Source: Octopus vulgaris
Lineage: Eukaryota
Length of the DNA: 64,000 nucleotides
Direction: 5' to 3'
Assembly: GCA_951406725.2 (NCBI GenBank)
Contig: OX597818.1
Location: 3,162,001 to 3,226,000 of the forward strand
Position numbers and translations under genes: made by a program. The notes beneath the pieces are model-generated. The model searched no databases. It saw only the letters and a list, made by a program, of their open reading frames with translations, and was not told the DNA's origin. How positions within the stretch are numbered: the first letter of the stretch is position 1; the number at the start of each line of letters is the position of its first letter. Shown piece after piece: positions 1 to 11,899 of this stretch.

Positions 1-69
1 AAATTTGACGTTGATGTTACTTAGTTTGCTTTGAAAGAAAGAGCTTGATTAGCTTAATAATCCTAACTT

Positions 70-100
70 AATCCTGAGCAAAGCCGGGCTATACTGCTAG
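70..100 (+). mobile_element. Helitron-type 3' terminus (element body upstream of window)
   Basis: Imperfect GC hairpin CCTGAGCAAAGCCGGG, short spacer, then CTAG|T, the canonical Helitron end layout. Confidence 0.5.
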
Positions 101-315
101 TTAACTATAAAACTGGCACACTCCAGACCTTCTCTGAGGAAGGTCCTAACAAAAACCAGGCCAAGACAAAACAACACTTTATGTACATTGCCCAACTACC
201 CAATCAAAGAGGAAAATGTATGTCTGTGGCCTTATATGATGTATAAAACCATGTGTAGCAAACCTTATGAATTTTACATCAAAAGTACCATCAAACAAGT
301 TCATATATGGATTAA

Positions 316-536
316 CCCTTTCGTTACTGAATTTATTTTGAGATGCTCAGTGTTTCTTCCAATTATGTTAAATATAACAAAGAATTAAGTAAAATAACAT
401 CGTTATCATTAAGCTGGAGTTAGGGACATAAATTGTGACTAAGGTTTGGTGGAAGGTTTTAATTCGGAACTTTTGAAAACCAGACATTTGTACTAAAGAG
501 CCAGAGCCGGTTTCAGCCGGGTTGGTAATGAAAGGG
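316..536. mobile_element. piggyBac-type MITE
   Basis: TTAA at 312-315 and 537-540; TIRs CCCTTTCGTTAC / GTAATGAAAGGG (12 bp, 1 mismatch); non-coding. Confidence 0.85.
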
Positions 537-1106
537 TTAAAGAACATGTCTACGCCAATACTTTTTCTGTCAAAACAATACCTATGGAAAAGCCACATCC
601 AAGACATCCAAGATTCCATTGAAGCTACAGAAAGAAATACTGGGAACTTGAGAAAAGAAGCTCTGACAGTAACTATATTAAACTTTACCTGCTAACTTAA
701 TGTAATCAGACCATCAATCATTTTTAAGATCAGCCAGGGTCTGACTATGATTCTCCTCAGGGAAGGATAGTATGCACTTTAATACTCCAGTTGCTTCCAC
801 TTTGGGATCAAAATAAGTATCCAATTTTATAAGACATTTGAAAAAACATTCTTAATAAGAACATTAGAGAACTTCGAAATGCTGGCTCATGCATATGATT
901 ATATTAGTTTGTTTTAAAGTCCTATTGTGGTTGAGGTGTGATTGAGATGATAGACAACTAACTCACACAACAGAACATGAAAAATTTTTTTTTGTTTCAT
1001 AATAATATGAGAAAGAATAGATTTGACAATTCATATTGGCATGAAGAGTGTACTTGAGATAACAAATAATAACACAAACAAAAAATCATAGAAAATGTTT
1101 AAGGGA

Positions 1107-4100
1107 ATGTCTTGCAAACAACTTGCACATGCAAGTGCTACCAGTCAAAAACTCCACATACCAGAAGCCAGCAAGTGTATGGGGTCATCAGGAGAGAATG
1201 CGTGCCATTTCAGGGCCTACCTCTTGATGGCATCAATGTTCACCGGCCCCTCCCCCTCACTGATATGAGGCCCCGCTTGCTAGATCAACTGGTTATCAAA
1301 TAAAGCTCAATATTCTTCTAGCTATCACTCATCGTCTCTTTTTAACCAAATCCAGTGGCTAGCCTTCTTCACTGTAGTTTCGGTCATGGTGGTATAGACT
1401 TTACAATGAGTTAGGCCTAACGATAACAACAGTTGTCTCACACTGTATCCAACAAACCCTACATCTGACTTTGATTGGAAAATGCTCTGCTTTCCAGCCT
1501 GCGTCTTCACATTCATCGAGGAGGTTTACATAACAGTCAATCTTTTGAACCCGAGCGGCGTCCATGGTCTGCTTCTCTCATTTTAACACTGTTGCTAACA
1601 ACAGATCTGTGTTCACTCCGCATCATACTTGCAAATGGTCTGAACTGATCTGCGCCAAAACCAAGTCCTTTCCAATGGTTCTGCATTGCACCCACCATAT
1701 CTCTGTGTATAAGAGAAGATAAGATGTCATCAGTCTCTGCTTCTGCTTTCCACTTCCTGGCTGTTTTCACCTCTGGTGGGTTATGCCTGATTTCCATATC
1801 CTTCGATTCTCTCAGCATCATCACCGTCTATATTTCCCTCAGTTTATATATTTCGACTATTGATGCTAGTGGTAGCTGCAACGAACCTCTTTTATGATAA
1901 AGAGCTGAACTGTTCAACATATGAGGTAGGCCTAGCCACTTTCTAATGAACACATTACATTTTTGTTCAATGATCTGAACTCGTGACACATCTACCTCGT
2001 ATATTAAAAGTGGCCACGCAAGTCACGGGTACAAGCCGAACTGCAAGCACCAAATTTTATAGAACCTGATAATTCGAGTTATCAATCACTGATAATCCAG
2101 CCTCGGCCTGTTTCATAATTTTCATCCCACGACTTCTGTCTGACAATGTTCCAGTGTATACTCACCCCAAGCTCTTGACGGGCTCTTCTTTGATTGTTGG
2201 AATGCTTTCTTCAGCTATTCGAAACTTAAATTCTTTCTGCACTTCATTAACAAATGTCAGACTATGCGACTTTCTTGCTCTAAACCGCATCCTTGACAAC
2301 CTCACAAGTTCATCTAATCTCAAGAGGGCATTCTGCATGATTTGGTTACCTGTAGCTAGAAGTGTCAAGTCATTCATGAAGGCTTTCTTAGGCAATTGTA
2401 CATGGGCGACTTGTTCCAAAAAATCTACAGCTTTCAAAATCATCTCCATGACTAAGATAAACCACATGACAGATATTGTACAGTCAGTAGCAATGCCAAT
2501 CTCCAATTGGTGCCAATCTGTTGTAAAACCTCCAGCTGTAAACCTCATTTCGAAACTGTCATAGTACATCCTCATTATTTTGATCACTTTGTCTGGAATG
2601 TGGAAGTGGTCCATGGCTCTAATCAGTAATTTGTGTGGCACTGAACCATACGTGTTAGCTAGGTCAAGCCATACCACATTCAGACTTTTCTTGTTCTGTT
2701 TGGCATCCTGGATTGCTTTCCAAATCGAAAAACAGTGTTCAACGCATCCAGGGATCCCAGGGATTCCGGCCTTTTGAACAGATTCATCAACATATCCATT
2801 ATTCTGTAAATGTCACTGTTCCCCTCAACAGAATTCCCATAAAGATCTTGCCTTCCACATTCAATAAGGATATCAGCCTAAACTGTTTTATAGTCTCTGC
2901 ATTGGCCTCCTTCGGCAGGTATATACCTTCTGTCTTACACCAATCCTCTACTATAGTCTCCTTGTGCCACAGCTGTCGGAGTAGGATGAAGAGCTTCTTT
3001 TGCAGACGAGTGCAATATTTGTAGACTTTATATGAGACGCCATCACCTCCTGGGGCACTCTTTGCTCTAGCTTTTCTTACGAAATCATTCATCTCTCTCT
3101 CCCCGATGCCCCCAATCTGGAATTCAATATCAGATCCTGAGAGATGATTTAGCCTATGCAGAGGTGGCAGTGGCTGGTTACGGTGCGGATCGCTGTAGGT
3201 TTCTTTGATATGAGCGTCCAATTCTTCTTTCGTGCACGATAAAGAACCACTCTTCAGTTCAGTGAACAGCTTCTTAGTAAACTCATATGGGTCCTTCAGA
3301 AACTGCCCCCAAGTCCTTTTACTCTCCTTTTGACGCTCATATCGGCGGATATGTCATTGTACATAATGACATTTCCTTTTCAAATCGTTATACAGCAGCG
3401 TGAGGCCAGGTTTCTCATCTTGCATAGCACATCTCCATCACTTTCTTAGGCTGGTCTTTTCCTTCTTCAACTGCTTCATTTTCCTGATCCTCCTGCTTGG
3501 ACCACACTTTCCTTTTGCTAATCGGATATTCTTTTTCACTCCAAATAAATCCTTTCCTGTATCGTAAATTGAGCTGTTAATTTTCCCAGTTTCTTCACTG
3601 TAGAGCTTGTCATTTTATAAAGAGCCCGACACACCTTGTTTTCAAACTCTTTATATTTCCCTTTCTCATTAGCAGCAGACCACAAAACCCTTGGTTTCCT
3701 CTGAGTATTATCTGATGCACCAGTTTCATGACTTGCAGTTTCCTGACGGGAAGAGGTCTTTGCTGTAGCATTTATCGATCCACTGTGGTTTGAGTCCAGG
3801 GATGATTTGCCACAGGTTTTATGATCAGATGATCTATACTGCTCTGTCTTCTTCTCACAAGTCTTTCCCTGGTGTATCTTCAAGCCTCTCATTGTTGCAA
3901 AGGTTCTACAGCACAGTTTGCATCCAAAGTTGTTTGCATTTCGTTCACTGTTCGAATGTATAACCGTACTCGTTTCCAAGGTCATTTCCATGCTAACTGG
4001 GTCTGATTGATTCTCGACTCCCCCCTCTCGGTCAATTGTGAGGCTGTCATTTCCATTCGTATCTGTTACAATATATTACAAAGGCGAGGATCGTAAGTCT

Positions 4101-4560
4101 GCAGCCCCCGCCAGTCTTTCCTGGTGTCGATAGTCTTTCCTATTGTCCACTCGTCTTTCCAGTTTGTCAGTGACTATCTACCACAAGGTCTTAGATGTCT
4201 TGCAAACAACTTGTACATGCAAGTGCTATCAGTCAAAAACTCCACATACCGGAAACCAGCAAGTGTATGGGGTCATCAGGAGAGAATGCACGCCGTTTTG
4301 GGGCCTACCTCTTGACGACATCAATGCGCACCGGCCTCCCTCACTAATATGAGGCCCCTCTTGCTAGATCAACTGGTTATCAAATAAAGCTCAACATTCT
4401 TCTAGCCATCGATCATTGTTTCTTTTTAATCAAATCCAGTGGCTAGCCTTCTCCACTGTAGTTTGGATATCGGTCATGGTGGTATTGACTTTATGATGAG
4501 TTAGGCCTAACGATAACAACAGTTGTCTCACACTGTGTCCAACAAACCCTCTACATCCGA
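1107..4560 (-). mobile_element. HERO-like (R2 group, RLE-type) non-LTR retrotransposon, decayed, with terminal direct repeat
   Basis: N-terminal Zn finger CKLC..RGLKIHQGKTC (3536-3991); RT motifs SAPGGDG, FRLISLLNVEGKIF, WLDLANTYGSVPH, GIATDCTIS, AFMNDL; post-RT RKWKA..RDMVG..GLG; C-terminus GFVGYSVRQLL..KASHWIW (1325-1516). Frameshifted; the CCHC/RLE region appears deleted near 1520. Confidence 0.85.
4195..4560 (-). repeat. Direct repeat of 1107-1468 (ORF C-terminus plus 3' UTR of the HERO-like element)
   Basis: Both copies run ATGTCTTGCAAACAAC...CCAACAAACCCT(CT)ACATC and are colinear with scattered substitutions. Confidence 0.95.
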
Positions 4561-5700
4561 TTAAATAAACAGTAATTTCAAAGACAAAGGATGTATTTTT
4601 TTAGCACTCACATAGATAAAAAAATAAAATATATGAACAATGTCAAAGTAAAGGATAATTGCCAAAGACGACTGGAGTTTTCAAGAAAAATGGAAGATTT
4701 ATATTTTGTAGCAGAGGTAAATATGTCTGCTTAATATGGCCATCAACATATATATAATATGCTATGTGTCTTTGTTTGTTTGTTTGTGTGTGTGTCTGTG
4801 TGTGTATAGGTATGTATCTCACTCACATACATACATGTACTTTTTTTGTGAGAAACACTTAAGTGTTTGAACTGTTGAATTTGTTCCAATTCATAAGATT
4901 TATACTTTCTAAGTCATTTGACAGAAGAGAGTGTCCCTCTGTTTAGTTCTTGCATTTATTTCAGAATGCTAATGAAATAGTGCTCTGAATTATCAAACAA
5001 CATTTCTACTCTCTTGCTATAACAGTGTCTCTAATTATTTGTTCTGTTTGTCTCTTGTATTTGAAAGTTCATTCTGCTTTCATATCATATCGTACATATA
5101 ATATAATAAAATGTAAGGAATCATTCATACTGGATGAGAGAAACTAAAACAATGAAGTGGGAGTGAGTGATAGGATGCTAAATGCAGGTAAACTGTAATG
5201 AGATGTTTTGCTCAGAATTCCTCGGCATTTTAAACAAAACGAAAATAAATTTTTATCATAAATTATAATTATCTGTTGACAACAAGAAATTTGTCATCTC
5301 CATGACAAAACACACTGAATGGTTTTCTTGCAGGCTTAGATATGCCCCAAGTATATTTGAACTGGTAATAATGTATTTATATACACCACTGCTTAGCACT
5401 TCCACTCTGTAATTTGTTTGCAGTGATCCACCAATTAGTGGCTACCAGTCATTGTACAATGACAGGAATATCATAAGAGAGACAATCTCGCTTATCAGCT
5501 TGCAGCATACCCTGTCCAATATCTGTAACTGAGGAGGAGACACCCACTCCAAAATACTTGCATCTCACAGTCTGGGCAGGTGACACTGTGAGTTGATTTT
5601 TTATCTACTTATAGCATTTGTCAGTGAAAAATTTTCTTCATGACAAAACACAGGTTCAAATATGCCCCAAGCATATTTGAACTGATAATAACTTTGTATA

Positions 5701-6933
5701 TACCAATCATCCCATAAGTAATGTCTAGACTTCTATATTTTCAATTTGTAAATACTTTAACAGTATTTTAGAATGTCTTATGGCATCCAGTAATATTTAT
5801 ACGTATTTGGACATATTTAAACTAATTAAATTTTATTTTTCAGGATAATCTAATTGAAAATTTCACTAATTATAGCTATTCAAACATGGAAGAGTCTAAG
5901 GAGCATTTGAGGCACATAATGCTTTATGAGTATAAAAAAAGGGAACCCTGCAGCTGGAGTGACTCAAAATATTAACCAACTTATGGAGCAGAGTGCCCGA
6001 ATGAAAGATCTTGCAGAAGATGGTTTGCAAAATTCAGAAGTGGAGATTTCAGCCTTGAAAATGAGGCCCAAACAGGATGTCCAGTTGAGTTTGTGACATG
6101 TTCCTTTTGGCAGAACTTGACAAGCAAGCTTCATTTAAGCCATATAACTGGTCACCGCCATCTTCAACAGCTTGGAAAGGTGCTAAAACTTGAAAAATAG
6201 GTGCCTCATTATTTGTTTGAAGCCAACCGCAAATCCTGAGTGGACATCTGCTCTTCTCTTCATTATCATGAACTTATCTACCCCATTTTGGACAGACTCG
6301 TGACTGGGGATGAAAAGTGGGTTGTTTTTTTTTATCAAAATGTTATGTGTCATAGACATTAGCTTGGTGAAGGAGAAAAGGCCCAGCCACAACTGGAAAG
6401 TGAACTCTGTGCAAAGGTTTTCTCTCTGTTTGGTGGGATTGCAAAGGAGTCATCCACTTTGAGTTGCTACCAACTAATGCAACAATCAATGCACAAAATT
6501 ACTGTCAGCAATTAGAGCATTTCAATACTGCTTTGAAGAAAAAAAAGGCCTGCTTTAGTGAATCAAAAGGGAGTGGTGTTTCATCAGGACAATGCAAGCC
6601 TCTACACAACAAACATCATGTCACAGAAGATCAAGAAATTTGGTTGGGAGAAAACTACTCATTTCCCTTATTCCCCAGACCTTGCTCCTTCAGATTACCA
6701 TTTGTTCCATAGCTTATAGAATCATTTGGATGGATTAACTCTCCAAACAACTGAACCTTTCAGAGGTCTCTTTGAAACGTAAAGAATTTTTCACTAATGG
6801 GATTAAAAAGCTTACGAAAAGATGGAAATATGTCATAGATAATCATGGGAACTATATTGACAGTGAAGTTACATTAAAATGTAAGATTTGATCACTTGTT
6901 TTCCTTATTTGAAATCCAGACATTACTTATGGA

Positions 6934-6935
<2 letters not shown>
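5701..6935 (+). mobile_element. mariner (DD34D) DNA transposon, full-length but pseudogenised
   Basis: TIRs ATCCCATAAGTAATGTCTAGACTTC (~5709) and GAAATCCAGACATTACTTATGGATA (~6911). Transposase remnants MEESKEHLRHIMLYE, VPH, VTGDEKW, HQDNA, YSPDLAPSDYHLF, with stops and frameshifts. Confidence 0.9.
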
Positions 6936-6964
<29 letters not shown>

Positions 6965-6968
<4 letters not shown>

Positions 6969-7545
6969 AAAGCAGAAAATGGAGATAAAATTGATGAATC
7001 ACAATTAACTTACATAAATTATAATTTATTCATAAATTACAAAAAGACAGGATCTCAACTTGCAGCTGTTTCTGTTTGCGTGATTCCCAAGATTAACCAC
7101 CACAATAATATTTATCATTGTAAGTAATTAATTATACCAATTTGAATCAAGGAACTTCATCAGAGCAGAAAATAAATAAAGTAAAAGTAAAGAGAAAAAG
7201 AAAGAGAAAGTGAGAATGATGATAATCAATTCATGCTACATGCTAACCCACAGGGAAACTTTCAACTGACAAGCATGAATTGATTAACACCATTCTCACT
7301 TCCTCCTTTTTCTTTTTACTTTATTTACTTTTTCCCTCTGATGAAGTTCCGCGATTCAAATTGTATAATTAATTACTTACAATGATAACTACTATTATTA
7401 TTATTGTGGTGGTTAAGCCTGGGAACCACACTAACAGAAACAACTGTTAGTTGAGATCCTGTCTTTTTATAATTAATTAATAAATTATAATTGATATAAG
7501 TCAATTGTTATTCATCAATTTTATCTCCATTTTCTGCTTTTCTTG
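6965..7545. repeat. ~270-bp imperfect inverted repeat, Penelope-like pseudo-LTR pair
   Basis: 6965-7238 is the reverse complement of 7272-7545 (e.g. GCAGAAAATGGAGATAAAATTGATGAAT / ATTCATCAATTTTATCTCCATTTTCTGC). Each arm carries CTGATGA and GAAAC motifs. Confidence 0.8.
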
Positions 7546-7689
7546 AATATTGATAAACTTTAGTTTATTCTTGTCATTACCTATCATTTAGGAGCATTAA
7601 TACCAATGCTCCTGATTAAATATAGGTAATACACCAGTGGATTCATTGGATACAAGTATCCTTTAGATGGTTGTTATAACCTCTAACTT

Positions 7690-7981
7690 AATTCACCTAT
7701 ATATATATATTTCGTTTTTGAATTTTGTTTGCAAGATTCTTTATGGGAATTCTTGTGTTGAAGCATATTTTATTGTGTCTGGGGAGAGTCACTTTCTTTT
7801 AGTGCCTTATTATTTAACACACTCACTGGTTCAATTTCCATTAATTTACTTTTTTATTTTTTCTAAAATTTTTATTGCATCTTGCAACCTTTCCAATAGT
7901 TGTTGATTGTCCATTATCCGAGCTGCATTCTTTTTATTTGGTTGTGCACATGTGTGTGGGTCAGTGTACATGTGCATACAC

Positions 7982-8012
<31 letters not shown>

Positions 8013-9010
8013 TGTATGTATGTATGTATGTATGTATGTATGTATACATGTATGTGCATGTATGCATATATATATATATATGCATGTGTGTATGTTTGTA
8101 CGTATGTATTCTACATATTCATGTGTTTGCATGTGTGTGTGTGTGTGTATGTGTGTACTTGTGTGTGTACCTCTGTCTCCTTGTGTGTGCATTCTGAGTG
8201 TGGGCTTTTTGTAACTATATATGGATGTGTGTCTCCATGAGTCCTTGTGCGAAGTGTGTGCATTTGTATGGTCACGTGCTTCAGTTTTCATTTGCGTATA
8301 TGTGTGTATGTAAGTGTGCGTGTGTGTGCTTCTCTGCCCATATTACCTCATATTACCTATGTATCTATTTGTATGTCTATCTGTTTACATTCATATATGT
8401 GCATATACATATATACGTATATAAAGATAAATTAAATATAGAGATATTTCGTTTTTGGATTTGGTTTGCAAGATTCTTTATATAAGTTCGTGTGTTGAAG
8501 CATATTCTGTTGTGTCTGGGGAGAGTCATTCTCTTTTAGTGCCTTATTATTTAACACACTCACCAGTAAAATTTCCACTTATTTCTTATTTTTATTTTCT
8601 AAAATTTTCGTTGCGTGTTGCAACCTTTTCAATAGTCTTGACTCTGTCTGTTATTTACACTGCGTTCCCTTTTGTTTGTTTGTGTGCATGTGTGTGGGTC
8701 AGTGTGTGCGTGTGTGCCTATACATGCAAGCATGTACGTATGTATGGGTGTGTGTGTTTGCATGTGTATGTATATATGTGTGTGTATATGCATATGTATG
8801 TATGTGTGTGCATCTGTATGTACATATCCTGCATATTTATGTGTTTGCCTGTCTGTGTTTGTGTATTTTCTATGTATGTGTGTGTGAGCATGTATTTGTA
8901 TATATATGCACCTCTGTCTCCTTGTGTGAGCATATCTGTGTGTGTGTGTGTTATGTAACTATGTACTATGTTTGTATGTATGGATGTGCATCTTTATATG
9001 TGTGGATGAC
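7690..9010. repeat. Tandem duplication of a ~750-bp unit (PLE-like segment plus GT/GTAT-rich tract)
   Basis: 7690-7900 matches 8445-8640 (TGTGTCTGGGGAGAGTCA, TTAGTGCCTTATTATTTAACACACTCAC). Downstream anchors TGTGTGGGTCAGTGT and ACCTCTGTCTCCTTGTGTG recur in both units. Confidence 0.85.
8599..8635 (-). ncRNA. Minimal type I hammerhead ribozyme candidate, U3-A8 variant
   Basis: Minus strand: CUA UUGAAAA G GUUGC-AACAC-GCAAC GAAA AUUU UAG. 3-bp stem I, 5-bp stem II, palindromic AAUU stem III. Confidence 0.5.
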
Positions 9011-9019
9011 TCCATCGTG

Positions 9020-11010
9020 AACCACCTTGTTTACAATACTGGTGACTAGACCATAAGCCACACCACCAGATATTTTAAGCATCTCAGCAGTGATTCCTGA
9101 TGGGCTGAGGGCTTTTCCTGACTTCATATACTTAATTGCTTTATCTACCAGGATGCTTTCTATTCAGGTAGCTGGTCCTCCTACTGGGTTAACATTTGGC
9201 AGACTCTCATCTTTCCATTCATTCTCCACATTCTCCAAATTCCTATGCTGCCCCATAGGAATTTCCAGTTACCCTCTATGTCTGAAGTCTATAGCTCCTC
9301 CTCCCTCTCATCAAATTTCTTGATGAGGATGTCCCTAAATCTCTGATCATGTGAAGGGTTCTTAAGCCTCCAAATCCTTCTTTTCTGGATTGGTCTGCTT
9401 CTTAGCATCCTTCTGGCTTTGAGTCTAAAGTCACTAATAACTAGCCTATGCTGTGGGGTACATTCTTCACCAGGGAGGGTCTCTGTATTCAAGAGCAACC
9501 TTTCATCCCACTGTTTGGTAAGGATGAAATCAATCTGGTTAGAAGAGTCCCCTGATTGATAGGTTATCATGTGGCTGTCTGGCTTCCTGAAGCTAGTGTT
9601 GCAAATTAATATGTTGCATGCATCACAGAACTCCAGTAGCCTAGTTCCCTCTTCATTTTGGGAATCAATTCCATGGCCACCGTGAACACCATGGAAGATA
9701 CCAGATTGCTGTCCGACATGCCAATTAAAATCTCCAGCTGCAACTTGTCTTTGAGGTATCATAAAAGTGATCCTTCTGACCATTTGGTGGTAGAGATAAT
9801 TGTAGATATATTATTCTGCAGGACTAGCCTGAGCTTAAGCACTCTATCGCATACCCTGACTACTTCTATTACCTTATCCACCCATTTCTCCACAAGGAGT
9901 ATGCCTACACCCTACTCCATCACTGTTACCTTCCCAGAAGATTTTATACCTATGTGCCTGTGAGGACCCTGGCTGAAGCTCCGCTCCACTTTGCCTCTTG
10001 TATGCAGCATACATCAACACATCTCCAGTCAAGCATCTCTACAATCTCATTAATTCTACCTTTCAGTGTGCCTACATTGACAGTGCCAACTCTAAAAACT
10101 GGGAATGAGGGAGGTGACATGGGAAGGGGAGATGTTATTCAGTGCCTGAAATGAAGAAGAAGGTTTTCGTGTTCTCACTTTTGACCTGTCATCATTCAAA
10201 CATTCAAGCATGTTAAGATTGTTGCCCCTACCGAGGGTAGGAGTGGGTGTTAGTGGCATTGTAAGTATAAGCATTATGGACATCGTAAAATCATAAATTT
10301 AAGCATTACTGGTGTTACATATATAAATAAATAAAGGTAGATAAGGAGAATATGAATATCGATAAGTCAATGTTAAATTAAGTAGGTGGGAAGCTAGACT
10401 AGTTGCATTTGTCCCAGGAGAGAGAGAGGGAGAGGAAAATTGTAGGTATGATAGAGGGCACCTCCAGTAAGGGAGGGGGGTTCCAATGAGAGAAGAGAGG
10501 AACAAGCATGCCCCCGTACACACACATACAGAAAATCATGCAACAAGCATGTGCATACATGCACACACACACACACACACAAAAGACAAGCATGCACACA
10601 GACAAGAACAAGCATGCACACACGTGCACACTCACAGGAATAAGCACACATGTACAGCCCATTAGCTTTCTCATTCCACTTCGAAACATTCATGGAAATT
10701 ACTGAGTAATTTGTTGACAAATTTTGAGTCAAAACGAAAGATAGCCAATTAAGTAGGTGGGCAGTTAAACTAGTTGCATTTGTACTAGGGGAGGGTGAGG
10801 GAGATGCAGTATGATAGAGGATACCACCAGTGAAGGAGTGGGTTTTCCAGTGAGAGAAGAGAGATATCCAGTATTGGTGGTGGGTGCACCACAAACAAGC
10901 AAGGGTTAATTTAGAGAGATGGTACAAAAATATGTAGCTAACTTGAGAACACAGGAGTGAAGGAGAGATTTCATTAAGAAAATTACAAGAAGAATTAAGG
11001 AGAAATGAAG

Positions 11011-11046
<36 letters not shown>

Positions 11047-11410
11047 GGAAGTTATATAATGAAGAGTCAATTTAAATAACTAACTTACGGAAGTAGAATA
11101 TTAGTAAATAATACAGATTAAAAGTATTAATAGCGAATGAATGAGTGAAAAGATTGAAAAATGAGAGAATATCTTAGCTTAGCAATGCATAACTGGGTGT
11201 TGGAGAACCATCTATGTCGAAATGAGTTGCGTGGAAAACAGGGAGGGAGCATGTGTGTCAGGTATTTTATAGATATGCTATGGCCGGAAGTGGAGATTAC
11301 GGAAGGGTGCTTTCTCCCTGGGCTGAAGACAATAGCAGTAACAGTAGCTGAGAATGGCACAAGAAGCCCTTGTGAGTGGGAAGGAATAAGAGAATAGTAG
11401 GAAAATTATT
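9020..11410 (-). mobile_element. RTE-clade LINE, 5' region plus APE endonuclease, internally deleted
   Basis: AGDFNWHVG, NEEGTRLLEFC, QIDFIL, QHRLVISDF. Jumps to RT-start sequence near 9235. The long 5' region is shared with 21330-22020. Confidence 0.9.
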
Positions 11411-11899
11411 TAGCTAACCTGGAGAGAGCAAGCTACAGCAATACAAATCAAATTTACTAATTGTGTAGGGGTTACCAGATTTGAAGTTACTTAAATAATG
11501 ATTGTTATTCGCACACCATGGAAGGGAGAATTTAGTGAATCAACAGAAATCATCAATACAGACCAAACAAGTAACAAGCACAGTTCCCAATGAATTAATC
11601 TATATTATTATTTACAAAATGAGAGACCATATATGGTGCATATCCAAACTTTATCAATACTTTCAGAAGTAACAAACAACATTGTTGTGCCCGCCCTTTC
11701 CCACCACCACCAATACCAGATATCTTTATCTTCGTACCATCTACACCGGATATCCCTTCTCCAACCACCATTGTCTGAGTCTATTTATTCTTCCAACCCC
11801 TCCTCCTCAACAGGCTATTCTTCATATATTACCTGCACTTCTCTCTCTCCAAGGACATACGCAGCCAGCGCAGCTGCTCATCAACCCACCCACTTAATC

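Noticed and set aside
5270-5700. ~90-bp direct repeat (5300-5385 and 5638-5700) around a possible coding stretch
   Set aside because: The repeat is real, but I could not recognise a protein, TSD or termini, so no call is made.
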